Part shown: positions 22,010 through 31,910 of the stretch, one piece after another
Position numbering within the stretch: the first letter of the stretch is position 1
Layout: every line of letters starts with the position of its first letter
Source of the DNA: an uncultured Actinomycetes bacterium
GTDB taxonomy: Bacteria > Actinomycetota > UBA4738 > HRBIN12
NCBI GenBank assembly: GCA_963796725.1
Contig: CAWCMT010000012.1
Coordinates: forward strand, 2,026 to 66,025
Direction: 5' to 3'
Length of the DNA stretch: 64,000 nucleotides
Program-made: the position numbers and the translations under genes
The notes under the pieces: model-generated
The model's input: only the letters and a program-made list of their open reading frames with translations
Database searches by the model: none
Told to the model about the DNA's origin: nothing

Positions 22010-22842
22010 TCACCTATGGTGCGGATGGCCCTGACGAACTCATACCGTGTCCCCTCCCATCCACGCCAGAGATCGTCCCTAAGGTTGACCCACAATCGGG
22101 CCCGCCAGTGTCTCGGGTGAACGAGAAGATAGATGACGGGCAGTCCGCCAAGCACCGCATCGACTGGATTGCCGTTGCGCCAGAAAGTGGGAGCCAGACT
22201 ATCAGAGTGCCGTGAGGCCACGGCTTCATTGACTAACTGATCGTACGCCTCGTACTTGATACCCATGGCGAGTCTGAAGGACGGATCCTCAAGGATCAAC
22301 TTGTTGGAAACACCTAGCCGTCGGTTGATGAAGTCGCCATGAGCCGCTGCGGCAACCAACGACAACCTCGTCACAGATCGAATGGCAGCGAGGTTGCGGG
22401 CGAAGTTCTCCCTCGCCTCGTTGAGCAAGAGCGCGGCCTCGTCCGCACTCGCTGCCCCTCGGTTCTTCGCTGCAGTAGACAGCTCCTCGTAGTGATAACC
22501 CACCTCACACCCAGACGCATCCAGTTCGCGCATGAACTCTGGCTGGAGCGTGCTCAGTCGGAAGAAGTATGTCGAAGTAAGACCCAGCTCCGACTCGATT
22601 AGCCACATCTCGCGCGCAGTGGCAGCATCGGTGTCCAAGTCATGACGCAAAACCATCACTGGAGAGCTCGCGCGATTGACCGAATGATCAGCCAAATCAT
22701 CGACTCGAGCAACGTAATAGCCACTATCGACAGCCACTGCCAATAGATTCCGGTACTCACTGAGTCGCGAGCCCATCAGGAAGTCGGAGTACACTCGAAA
22801 TCCAATGCCCCGGAGCCGACTCCCTGGCTTGCGAATCATCAA
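22006..22842 (-). CDS. Polysaccharide deacetylase-like protein (NodB-like fold)
   Basis: 'VLRHDLD', 'STYFFRL', 'EVGYHYE', 'AAHG', 'LLVHPRHW'. Confidence 0.65.
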   Translation of the reverse strand: MMIRKPGSRLRGIGFRVYSDFLMGSRLSEYRNLLAVAVDSGYYVARVDDLADHSVNRASSPVMVLRHDLDTDAATAREMWLIESELGLTSTYFFRLSTLQPEFMRELDASGCEVGYHYEELSTAAKNRGAASADEAALLLNEARENFARNLAAIRSVTRLSLVAAAAHGDFINRRLGVSNKLILEDPSFRLAMGIKYEAYDQLVNEAVASRHSDSLAPTFWRNGNPVDAVLGGLPVIYLLVHPRHWRARLWVNLRDDLWRGWEGTRYEFVRAIRTIGD

Positions 22843-22927
22843 ATCTCACTCCGGAGCCTACAATCGCCCAACAGGCCCTCACAAGAACTTCGTTTGGTCG
22901 ACCGGTCACTCTTCGTCACCAATGCGT

Positions 22928-24235
22928 TCACCTCGGCACGCCTATTTCCCCTCTGCCAGCGGCTAGATAGCTGATGGCGAAGAGGAGGACATATGAAACC
23001 ACCATCGCACAACTCAAAGAGAAGGCTGCACCCATCAGCCCCCAGCCTAGGGCGTGCGCGACGAAGACTGAGGAGACCACCAGAATCAGACGGACAAGAT
23101 CCCAAGACAGCTGCCAACTCTGTCTCTCCATGATATTGACTGTCGCTCCAATCGGGGACACGACGAGCTGGGCGAAGTATCCGACCACGAGTACGCGCGT
23201 CAAATGCCCAGCCTCATTCCACTGGGGACCGAAGATGATTCCAAATAGGAAAGGTGCCAATAGAGCCGTAGCCAGCATGAAGGGGAATCCAACGACGAGC
23301 AAACCTCTGGTTGTCTTGAGAACGAGAGGCAGCATTCTTCTGTGTTGTTCCCGCCGTACTCGGGTTGCCTCCCCCACGTACACACGGTTTACTGCGTCGC
23401 CGAGGAACGTCAAAGGCACCGCCATCACGGCCTGAGCCAAGGCAAACAGGCCCGCATCAGCCGTTCCATAGAGGATGGCCACAAGCACGGTCGGAATCTG
23501 TTGGCCGACTGTGCTCACCAGCCCCGCGGGTGCAGCAAAGATTGGGAAGCGACGATAGCGCCGAGCAAGGGCGCGCGTTCTGCCCGCGTCCTTCTGGCCA
23601 CCAGACAGCCTGAATCGCGTTCCCCTTGTCAAGGTGATCAGCTGAGCCCCCCAACCCAAGGTATCTCCAAGTACTAGACCCAAAGCGCCCCAGCCCAGCA
23701 CGCCGAATCCAACTTGACTCGCGGCCTGGGTCAGGCCCTGACTTGCACTCCCGTAGGCGATCAACGAGTACCTTCGTTGGCGAATGACGACGGCGCCAAA
23801 GGCTTGCGCCAAGCCCACCAAGAGAAGCGCCATCGGCAGAACCACCAGCGCGCTTCCCGACTCATCAGCTCCGAGGCTTCCGCCTATCCACGACCTACCC
23901 CAAACAAGCACAAGGCCAGTCCCAAACGACACCCCTAAAGCTGCCGCGACTGCAAGGTGCAACATCCGAATAGCGTCATCATCGGAGGTCGTTAGAGGGA
24001 TAGCTTCCTCGTAGCGAAGGCAAACAACACCCCCCAACATTGCCAACAGCGATGCAAACACGGCAAGTACGCCCACATCCCGAGGGGCGTATAGTCGCGT
24101 AATGATGGGATAGGAGAAGACGACCACCCCCTGCCCAACGGTGACACCAAGAGCTACCCGTGCGGCGTTTCCTGCGAACCTATCGGGATTGAGGACGACC
24201 CCCAGGAGCGACAGCACCTTGGCCCCCGCCTTCAC
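22928..24235 (-). CDS. wzx: Wzx-type oligosaccharide flippase
   Basis: Polytopic; 'PIITRLYAP..VG', 'LRYEEAIPL', 'RYRRFP', 'IFGPQWNEAG'. Confidence 0.85.
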   Translation of the reverse strand: MKAGAKVLSLLGVVLNPDRFAGNAARVALGVTVGQGVVVFSYPIITRLYAPRDVGVLAVFASLLAMLGGVVCLRYEEAIPLTTSDDDAIRMLHLAVAAALGVSFGTGLVLVWGRSWIGGSLGADESGSALVVLPMALLLVGLAQAFGAVVIRQRRYSLIAYGSASQGLTQAASQVGFGVLGWGALGLVLGDTLGWGAQLITLTRGTRFRLSGGQKDAGRTRALARRYRRFPIFAAPAGLVSTVGQQIPTVLVAILYGTADAGLFALAQAVMAVPLTFLGDAVNRVYVGEATRVRREQHRRMLPLVLKTTRGLLVVGFPFMLATALLAPFLFGIIFGPQWNEAGHLTRVLVVGYFAQLVVSPIGATVNIMERQSWQLSWDLVRLILVVSSVFVAHALGWGLMGAAFSLSCAMVVSYVLLFAISYLAAGRGEIGVPR

Positions 24236-25400
24236 AGAGATGGTCGTGGCAATGTTCGGAATCTAGTCCCGCCACCTTTCACAAGCCCGTCGTACACGCG
24301 AACGAGACGATCGCCTTGACTTTCCCAAAGGTACTCCTCAAGGACTCTCTGCCGCCCTCGGTTCCCCATGGCGGCGGCATCCGAGGGGTGATCGAGAAGG
24401 CTAGCGATCGCAGAGGCTATCGCTCTGGGCGAGAAGGGATCAACAAGGTAACCGCAACCCGCCGGTTCGACGATGGCGCGCCATCGCGGGAAATCCGACG
24501 CGATCACGGGGAGTCCCGCGAGCATGTATTCAAACAGCTTCGTGGGCTGAGCATCAACGTAGTTCGGGGTCGGGTGAAGAAGGACAAGCCCGATCCTCGC
24601 CCGTCCAAGGAGGGCTCCCACCTTTTCCCGGCCCAACCAGCCAAGCGCCTCCGTCTTCCGCCACGCTGCTCGACGGCGAGCCGCTTCAATAAGCGCCCGA
24701 GGACGAAACGAGCCGGCAAGTTTTAGCTGCACGCCAAGGCTCGACGGAAGTAACTCGATGGCGTCAAGCATCTCAAAGAGACCTCGCTCCTCCGTGATTC
24801 CTCCAACGTAGACGAGGAGCGGTCCCCGAGACTCATACGGGTTCTCCTCCACGGGCCCGAACTCTTCAGACCGAGGGTAGTTTTGCACCAGGGTCGCATT
24901 CGATCGTCCCTGAAATCTCGAGTACACGCCGGGCTCAGCGATGACAACATGGTTGACCAACAGCGCAGCAAGTCGCTCCCAACAACTAGCCGCGTGGCTG
25001 GCGGGTCGGCGTAACCAGGGTGGTATCCACGCCTTGGTCGACACTTGTCCCGGAAGATCCTCGTGGACATCCATGATTGTCACGCACCCGAATAGCCGGA
25101 GAATAATGCCTGCCGAAGCAACTCAGGATCGTGCATATGACATATGCGAGCTTTCTCGGCCAAACACCGACGGATCACACCAGCGTTACCCAGGGCGAAT
25201 CGCGCCGAGCGCGACGAGTACGACGGGAGCGCGATAATCCTGACGCCATCCATCCAAGAATCTGACGAAGCGGGCGCCACGAGTCCCACCCGGTAGCCCG
25301 CCTCGACAAGGGACTTGCACTCCTTCGAGAATATCCGAGCATCATTTGCTCGGTGAACCGTCGTAGCGTGAACTACTTTGATGACACCACGACGCAACAT
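24232..25400 (-). CDS. Family 4 glycosyltransferase (frameshift ~25110)
   Basis: 'VHATTVHRANDARIFSKECKSL', 'HMHDPELL', 'DVHED', 'YVGGITEERG', 'PTKLFEYMLAGLPVIASDF'. Confidence 0.88.
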
Positions 25401-25503
25401 CAAGACCTCCCAAGTCCACGCTTGGGCGAATGCGGCGACAATCTGCCAGTCGCACGAAGTCGCGTCCTCCGATCCTGGCATGCGATAGGGCACCACGGGA
25501 CAA

Positions 25504-26589
25504 TCATCGGAGAGTCTCGCTTGCATCTGTTAGCACCAGAGCAATCCGATCCGCTGCGTGGCCATCGCCGTACGGTGCTCCCGCGCGACCTCTAGTCCCT
25601 CGAGCGGTCAAGAAGGCCTGGAGTACCCGCTCTGAATCCTTTGGATCAACCAAGTGATTCCAGCCGAGCTCCACGAGTTCAGGCCACTCAGTCTCCGTTC
25701 TCATGGTGACGCACGGCACCGAGTGGAAGAACGCCTCCTTCTGCACTCCGCCGGAATCGGTCACAATAAGCTCGGCGCATCTCTCGAGCTGAATCATGTC
25801 CAAGAATCCAACTGGATTTGCTACGATGACGTGCCCAACGTCCGCTTTGAGGGCACTGAGAGCGGTCCGTGTCCGCGGGTGAAGCGGCCAGACAACCGGC
25901 ATCTCATCGGAGAGAGCAGCAAGGGCACCCACGATGGCTCTTAGTCGGCTGGGATTGTCGGTGTTCTCGGCCCTGTGGACGGTTGCCAACGTGAAGCCTG
26001 CCCCTCTTAGGCCGACTTGCTCTAGGATACCGGACCTCTTCTCCGCCTCATCTCGGAAAGCGAGGGCGGCATCGAACATGACGTCTCCCACCTGGCTAAT
26101 CACGCGATCATCCAGGCCTTCGCGAACGAGGTTAGCCACCGCAGCATCGGTAGGTGCAAGCAGCACATCCGAGAGGTGGTCCGCAACAATTCTGTTGACT
26201 TCCTCGGGCATCCGACGATTCCCGGAGCGCAGACCGGCTTCAACATGAGCGATCGGGAAATGCACCTTGGATGCTGCGAGAACAGCAGCAAGAGTAGAGT
26301 TCGTATCTCCGAATACCACTACCCAATCCGGTCTCTCGGACAGGAGCAACGGCTCCAAGCGTTCGAGCATTCCTGATGTCTGAAAGGCGTGGGAGCCAGA
26401 ACCGATCCCCAAGTCAGCGATAGGGGCGGGAAGCATCAGCTCGGAGAAGAAGGCCTTGCTCATCTCCTCGTCATAGTGCTGACCCGTGTGGATAAGCCGA
26501 GCCGAGATACCGGCTGCGCGAAGGGCTCGGATCGTAATGCTCGCCTTGACGAACTGTGGTCGCGCCCCAACCACCAACAGGACGTCCAT
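25504..26589 (-). CDS. wecB: Non-hydrolysing UDP-N-acetylhexosamine 2-epimerase (WecB/WbpI-like)
   Basis: 'VGARPQFVK', 'HTGQHYD', 'GDTNST', 'HVEAGLRS', 'TDSGGVQKEA'. Confidence 0.92.
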   Translation of the reverse strand: MDVLLVVGARPQFVKASITIRALRAAGISARLIHTGQHYDEEMSKAFFSELMLPAPIADLGIGSGSHAFQTSGMLERLEPLLLSERPDWVVVFGDTNSTLAAVLAASKVHFPIAHVEAGLRSGNRRMPEEVNRIVADHLSDVLLAPTDAAVANLVREGLDDRVISQVGDVMFDAALAFRDEAEKRSGILEQVGLRGAGFTLATVHRAENTDNPSRLRAIVGALAALSDEMPVVWPLHPRTRTALSALKADVGHVIVANPVGFLDMIQLERCAELIVTDSGGVQKEAFFHSVPCVTMRTETEWPELVELGWNHLVDPKDSERVLQAFLTARGTRGRAGAPYGDGHAADRIALVLTDASETLR

Positions 26590-26646
26590 GCGCTCAGACG
26601 GGGAAATGGTTGGCTAGATACCGGGGCGTCCAATTCAAGGTGAACC

Positions 26647-27762
26647 TCATAGGACCGCCATGAGAGTTGCAGTCACTACAGCCTGCTCCGCTGCAGTAAG
26701 GGAGGCACCCATTGGCAGCGAAAGGACCTCATGCGCAGCAGATTCGCTGACGGGAAGAACCACGGCTTCCTTGCTGTACACGGGGGATTGATGGATCGGA
26801 GTTGGATAGTAAATAGCCGTATGGACGCCCGATTTGGCCATCGAGGTCTTGATGTCGTCTCGTGAAGCGGCCGGGAGCCTCACCGTATATTGGTGGAAGG
26901 CATGATTCACCTCTGGGCGGACGATGGGTGTATCCAAGCCGGGCAAGTGTGCCAGGCTCTCGGTATAGCCTGAAGCCACACGTCTGCGGGCCTCGATTGA
27001 CTCGTCGAGATGTCCAAGACCGACGCGTAGCAGGGCCGCCTGCATCTCGTCGAGTCGTGAGTTGTAGCCGAGTATCTCGTTTGCGTATTTCTCCTTCGAG
27101 CCATGCGAGCGCAACATGCGGCTAAGCTCTGCGACATTGTCGTCGTCGGTCACGATCATCCCGCCGTCGCCAAACCCTCCCAAATTCTTACTTGGGAAGA
27201 ACGAGAATGCAGCCGCGTTGCCCAAGCCTCCGAGCTTCTTGCCCTTGTATGATCCTCCCATCGCTTGAGTCGCGTCCTCGATAACCTTCAAGTGGCGCCT
27301 TCGCGCGATATCCATGATGCGGTCCATTTCGCAGGCATGGCCGAACAAGTGAACCGGCAGAATCGCACGCGTGCGGTCAGTGATGGCGTCCTCAATCAGC
27401 TCAGGATCGATGTTGAAAGAGGCCGCTTCGATATCCACGAAGACGGGGGTTGCGCCTACATTGCTCACTGACTCCGGGGTGGCAAAGAAGGTGAAAGGCG
27501 TGGTGATAACCTCGTCGCCCGGCCCAATCCCCAGAGCCCTGAGGCCGATGACAAGCGCATCGGTGCCAGAATTAACCCCGACGGCGTGCCTCACGCCAAT
27601 GTAGGCAGCAATCTCTTCCTCGAACGCTTCAACATTCGGTCCCAGGATGAACCGTCCCGAACGAAGCACCCCAGCGAATGCCTCGGTCAACTCACCCCAG
27701 TGTCGCTCTATCTCGGGCTGTAGGTCCAGCATGGGGATCTGACGCCTCATGCCCAAGTTCAC
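26647..27762 (-). CDS. DegT/DnrJ/EryC1/StrS PLP aminotransferase (WbpE-like)
   Basis: 'NSGTDAL', 'PVHLFG', 'IEDATQA', '[15 protein letters not shown]', '[12 protein letters not shown]'. Confidence 0.92.
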   Translation of the reverse strand: MNLGMRRQIPMLDLQPEIERHWGELTEAFAGVLRSGRFILGPNVEAFEEEIAAYIGVRHAVGVNSGTDALVIGLRALGIGPGDEVITTPFTFFATPESVSNVGATPVFVDIEAASFNIDPELIEDAITDRTRAILPVHLFGHACEMDRIMDIARRRHLKVIEDATQAMGGSYKGKKLGGLGNAAAFSFFPSKNLGGFGDGGMIVTDDDNVAELSRMLRSHGSKEKYANEILGYNSRLDEMQAALLRVGLGHLDESIEARRRVASGYTESLAHLPGLDTPIVRPEVNHAFHQYTVRLPAASRDDIKTSMAKSGVHTAIYYPTPIHQSPVYSKEAVVLPVSESAAHEVLSLPMGASLTAAEQAVVTATLMAVL

Positions 27763-28340
27763 CCTTCCTCGGACCGTAGGACGTCGGATGCAACCTCACG
27801 GTACCTGCGCCCACACGATTGGCACACGGCCCAACCTTCACTGAGTTCGAGGACCGCGCCACACTCGCATGCCCACCCGACTCGGCGCGCGGGCACGCCA
27901 ACCATCAAAGCATACGGGGGCACATCAGCCGTAATCACGGCGCCGGCTCCGATGAAGGCCCACTCCCCCAAGGTAACCCCACACACCACGGTCACGTTAG
28001 CCCCAATCGTGACCCCCCGCCGCACAAGCGTTCGCCTGTAGTCCTCGACGCACGTCGGGTAGGCCGCCCGTGGGTTCTTCACGTTCGTGAAGACCATGGA
28101 TGGCCCGCAGAACACGAGATCCTCGAGCACCACGCCCTCGTAGATGGAGACGTTGTTCTGCACCTTGCAGCCGTCGCCGATGCTCACCCGGTCGGCCACG
28201 AACACGTTCTGACCTAGGCTGACGTCTCGCCCCACCACGGCGCCACTCATCACATGGGCGAAGTGCCAGATCTTCGAACCCTCCCCGATCTGGGCGCCCT
28301 CGTCGACGATGGCGCTGGGGTGCACGAAGCTCGCGCTCAC
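27759..28340 (-). CDS. Hexapeptide-repeat N-acetyltransferase (WbpD-like)
   Basis: '[20 protein letters not shown]', 'KVQNNVSIY', '[15 protein letters not shown]', 'GWACECG'. Confidence 0.9.
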   Translation of the reverse strand: MSASFVHPSAIVDEGAQIGEGSKIWHFAHVMSGAVVGRDVSLGQNVFVADRVSIGDGCKVQNNVSIYEGVVLEDLVFCGPSMVFTNVKNPRAAYPTCVEDYRRTLVRRGVTIGANVTVVCGVTLGEWAFIGAGAVITADVPPYALMVGVPARRVGWACECGAVLELSEGWAVCQSCGRRYREVASDVLRSEEG

Positions 28341-29302
28341 AGGGGTCGGTTCAGCTCCCTCATTTGGCGGTCGGCCCGGGCCAGCACCCGCACCACACTT
28401 AGTGCACTCGCGCCATCTGACCGGGGAGTGTCGCCGCCTTGCACACAGGCAAGGAAGTGCTCGAGTTCATGCTTGAGGGGTTCGGCGTCACCCTGGAAGA
28501 GCACCTCACACCCATCGTCCTGCACGCTCAGATCAGCGTTCACGCGGCGACGGTACAACCTTACGGTCTGATCCTTCTCGTCTAGGACGACCATCGCCTC
28601 AGTGCCTACCACGGTCAGCCGTCGCCTGAGCTCCGGCCAAAGCCAGGAGTTGTGGATGTGCGCCTCGGCGCCATCCTGGAACTGCATGTGCAGATGCATG
28701 TCATCCTGCACCCCGGGCTGGATGATCGCCTGGCCCCATGTGGCCGTACGCACCGGCTCCTGGCCCATCAAGTACATGATGGCAGCTACGTCGTGCACGC
28801 CCAAGCTCCACAGACTGTTCTCCACCGTACGCACGGTCCCGAGATTGAGACGGTCCTGATACATCGTGCCCACCCAGCCGATCCGACCACTGGCCAACAT
28901 GTCCCGGAGGTACACGACGGATGGCTGATACAGCAAGAGATGACCCACCATCAGCACCCGATCCGCGATTGCTGCTTCCTTCACGATCCGCTCCGCGTCC
29001 TCCACCGTCAGAGCGAAGGGCTTCTCGACGAAGACGTCCTTTCCCGCACGGAGCGCCTCGACAGCGAGGTCGGCGTGGGTAACTGCTGGAGTGGCAACCA
29101 CCACTGCGTCGATCGTGTCCGAGTCGAAAACACGAGTGGCCTCGCCGAACACCATGATCCCCGGATACTCCTGGCGGACGCCTACCTGTATCTCGGGTCG
29201 CGGATCGACGACTGCCGCGAGCGCCCCCAATTCATGCAAGTTCCGCACCAGGTTCCGGCCCCACAGGCCAGCCCCCAGCACTCCAACTCGCACGTCACTC
29301 AC
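28337..29302 (-). CDS. Gfo/Idh/MocA oxidoreductase (WbpB-like sugar 3-dehydrogenase)
   Basis: 'GAGLWGRN', 'VATPAVTH', 'VEKPFA', 'MVGHLL', 'GVHD'; overlaps the acetyltransferase start. Confidence 0.85.
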   Translation of the reverse strand: MSDVRVGVLGAGLWGRNLVRNLHELGALAAVVDPRPEIQVGVRQEYPGIMVFGEATRVFDSDTIDAVVVATPAVTHADLAVEALRAGKDVFVEKPFALTVEDAERIVKEAAIADRVLMVGHLLLYQPSVVYLRDMLASGRIGWVGTMYQDRLNLGTVRTVENSLWSLGVHDVAAIMYLMGQEPVRTATWGQAIIQPGVQDDMHLHMQFQDGAEAHIHNSWLWPELRRRLTVVGTEAMVVLDEKDQTVRLYRRRVNADLSVQDDGCEVLFQGDAEPLKHELEHFLACVQGGDTPRSDGASALSVVRVLARADRQMRELNRPL

Positions 29303-29478
29303 CAGATTCCTCCGGGTACCGATATCGGGCCCACAACGAGCGGGCTACGGAGAACGTAGGATAGCGTCGTATGGCAACGGTCGCCTCGGCTGAAGGGACC
29401 CTGGGTATCTGGCGGAATCGCGCCTGGTACTCCGAGAAGCGTCGGGCAGCAAGATCGAAGAGGCGCTGATGGCCGCCG

Positions 29479-31362
29479 ATGCGTGAAGGGAGCACAACAC
29501 CCGGGGCACGTAACCGCTTGCTCTTGAAAGCGCTCGCCGACGTCGGGCTTTGGACGCTCGCCTCCATCGCGGCCATCCCGTTGCGCATACCCGGCCACTG
29601 GCTCGATCTCGGGAGTGCCATCCCCACCTACCTCGGGATCGGGCTCGTCGTCTACACCACGCTCGTACTCGTCTTCCGTCTCCATCGGCAGTCCTGGCGA
29701 ACGGTCACGATGATGGACCTGCAGCGGCTGGCCTTGGCGATCGTGACCGGCACCGTGTTGATGGAGATGGTCGGCCTGCTCCTCTACTCGGCCGACACCG
29801 GCTTCTCCCGCACGATCCCCATCATCGGAGGGATGCTCGCGTTCCTGTTCCTCGGGGGGGCGCGTGTGGCGGCGCGGATCTGGCACGAGGGTCGGTTGCG
29901 CTCCGACGTGCCGGCTGGAACCCAGGGCACCAAGCGGGTGCTGCTGGTCGGAGCGGGAGACGCGGGCACGCGGATGGCCCGGCAGCTGCATCGCCACCCA
30001 GACACAGGCCTGGAAGCGGTCGGGTTCTTGGACGACGATCACTCCCTCGGCCGGCTGTCGATCAGCGGCCTGAAGGTGCTGGGCAAACTCGACGACCTCC
30101 CGGCTGCTGTGAAGGCGCACCGGGTCGATGAGGTGCTGATCTCGATGCCCTCGGCTCCCGGGGCCACCACCCGGCGCGTGGTCGACCTGGCCACCCAGGC
30201 GAACGTGCCATGTCGGATACTGCCCGGGCTCACCGAGATCCTCTCCGGCGACGTCGACGTCAGCCGCATCCGCGACGTGGAGGTCGAGGACCTGTTGCGG
30301 CGCGAGCCCGTGGAGCTGGACCTGCCCGGTGGCGGAGAGTACGTGACCGACGGCATCGTGCTGGTGACGGGCGCCGGCGGGTCCATCGGTTCCGAGCTCG
30401 TGCGCCAGGTGGCTTACCTGCGTCCACGACGCCTCCTCCTGTACGGCCATGGGGAGAACACCCTGTACGAGATCGAGCAGGAGCTGCGCCGCACGGTGCC
30501 CGACCTGGTGCACAACGTGATCGTTGGCGATATCCGCGACCGCGCGAAGATCGACGAGACCATGCGCCGGTTCCCGCCCGACGTCGTGTTCCACGCCGCG
30601 GCCCACAAGCACGTGCCGCTCATGGAGGGCAACCCAGACGAGGCGGTGCTGAACAACGTCGGCGGCACGCGGAACCTGGCCGAGACCGCCCGGGAGTGGG
30701 GCGTCAAGCGGTTCGTGAACGTCTCCACCGACAAGGCGGTGCGCCCGATCTCCATGCTCGGGGTCACCAAGTCCCTGGCGGAGCGGGTGGTGCGCGACGT
30801 GGGCCTCGAGGCCGGACCCGACCAGGCGTTCGTCTCGGTCCGCTTCGGCAACGTTCTGGGCAGCCGCGGGTCGGTGGTCCCGATCTTCCAGGAGCAGATC
30901 CGCCGCGGCGGGCCCATCCGCGTGACCCACCCCGACATGACCCGGTACTTCATGACGATCCCTGAAGCCTCACGTCTGGTGATCCAGGCGGGCGCCTTGG
31001 GCGACAACGGCGCGGTCTACGTCCTGGACATGGGCACGCCTGTGAGGATCGTCGACCTCGCCCAGGACATGATCAGGCTCTCCGGCGCGCAGGGTGACGA
31101 CATCCAGATCGAGTTCACGGGGTTGCGCCCCGGCGAGAAGCTGCACGAGGAGCTCTTCACCGGCGACGAGGCGCTGGGCGCCACACGCTTCGAGCAGATC
31201 ATGGTGGCCCACCATGAGGAGACCGCGAGCCAGGACTTCGGACTCATGGTCGATGACCTCCTGAAGGTGGCCGAGGAGCGGGACTGGCCGGGGATCGACC
31301 GGGCCTTGCAGGCGCTCGTTCCGGGCTTCGAACTCGGCGGTCGGGGCGAGCTGGCCCCCTGA
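29479..31362 (+). CDS. Membrane-anchored UDP-GlcNAc 4,6-dehydratase (CapD/WbpM/PglF family)
   Basis: Four N-terminal TMs, 'GAGDAG', 'TGAGGSIGSEL', 'HAAAHKHVPLME', 'STDKAV', 'RFGNVLGSRGSVVP', 'RPGEKLHEEL'. Confidence 0.93.
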   Translation: MREGSTTPGARNRLLLKALADVGLWTLASIAAIPLRIPGHWLDLGSAIPTYLGIGLVVYTTLVLVFRLHRQSWRTVTMMDLQRLALAIVTGTVLMEMVGLLLYSADTGFSRTIPIIGGMLAFLFLGGARVAARIWHEGRLRSDVPAGTQGTKRVLLVGAGDAGTRMARQLHRHPDTGLEAVGFLDDDHSLGRLSISGLKVLGKLDDLPAAVKAHRVDEVLISMPSAPGATTRRVVDLATQANVPCRILPGLTEILSGDVDVSRIRDVEVEDLLRREPVELDLPGGGEYVTDGIVLVTGAGGSIGSELVRQVAYLRPRRLLLYGHGENTLYEIEQELRRTVPDLVHNVIVGDIRDRAKIDETMRRFPPDVVFHAAAHKHVPLMEGNPDEAVLNNVGGTRNLAETAREWGVKRFVNVSTDKAVRPISMLGVTKSLAERVVRDVGLEAGPDQAFVSVRFGNVLGSRGSVVPIFQEQIRRGGPIRVTHPDMTRYFMTIPEASRLVIQAGALGDNGAVYVLDMGTPVRIVDLAQDMIRLSGAQGDDIQIEFTGLRPGEKLHEELFTGDEALGATRFEQIMVAHHEETASQDFGLMVDDLLKVAEERDWPGIDRALQALVPGFELGGRGELAP

Positions 31363-31393
31363 CGCGCCTCCGAGCCGGCAGACGCGGCCGGGT

Positions 31394-31885
31394 TCAGGCG
31401 GTCGCCGGCGCCCCCCACGTCTTGCGCAGCCACAGGTGGACCGCGAATGCGACGGCCACGCCGACGACCTCGGCCACGACGTCCCCCACCTCCGCCTGTC
31501 GTGTCGCGGTCATCCCCTGAAGGATCTCGATCGCGATCCCGGCACCGATCGCCACGAAGGGAACCACGCGCCCCGCCACCGGGTACCGTCCCGCCCCCCT
31601 ACCCGGGCGCCACACCGCCGCCAGGAGGAAACTCAGCGACGTGGCGAAGTACGCGAAGGCGTGCATCACCTTGTCGGCGCCGTGGAAGCTCCCTGCTCCG
31701 GGAGGCGCCTCCACGAAGGAGAACCACAGCGTCGCCGCCACGCAGACCGCGGTGAGCGCCCACAGGCTGCCGTCGACGAACGAGCGATGTGAGAGGGTCG
31801 AGTGCCGGGGGATGGCCACGACGGCGACACTACCAGCGCTGACCTGCACCCTTGCGTGGCGCGACCGTGTCGTGTGACGATGCAA
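31394..31885 (-). CDS. VanZ-family membrane protein (start uncertain)
   Basis: 'DKVMHAFAY', 'IEILQG...R....GDVVA'. Confidence 0.75.
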   Translation of the reverse strand: MHRHTTRSRHARVQVSAGSVAVVAIPRHSTLSHRSFVDGSLWALTAVCVAATLWFSFVEAPPGAGSFHGADKVMHAFAYFATSLSFLLAAVWRPGRGAGRYPVAGRVVPFVAIGAGIAIEILQGMTATRQAEVGDVVAEVVGVAVAFAVHLWLRKTWGAPATA

Positions 31886-31910
31886 TTTCTACCTACACCA
31901 AGGAGCGTAT

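Larger units (their letters stand above)
13677..29400. other. Lower-GC, probably horizontally acquired glycan-biosynthesis cassette (boundaries approximate)
   Basis: By eye it has many more A/T third positions and far fewer long antisense ORFs than the flanks. No integrase or terminal repeats were seen. Confidence 0.65.

Noticed and set aside
13677-29400. Low-GC block as a prophage, ICE or transposon
   Set aside because: No integrase, transposase, phage gene, tRNA target or att repeats were seen. Homologous cassette exchange is more likely.
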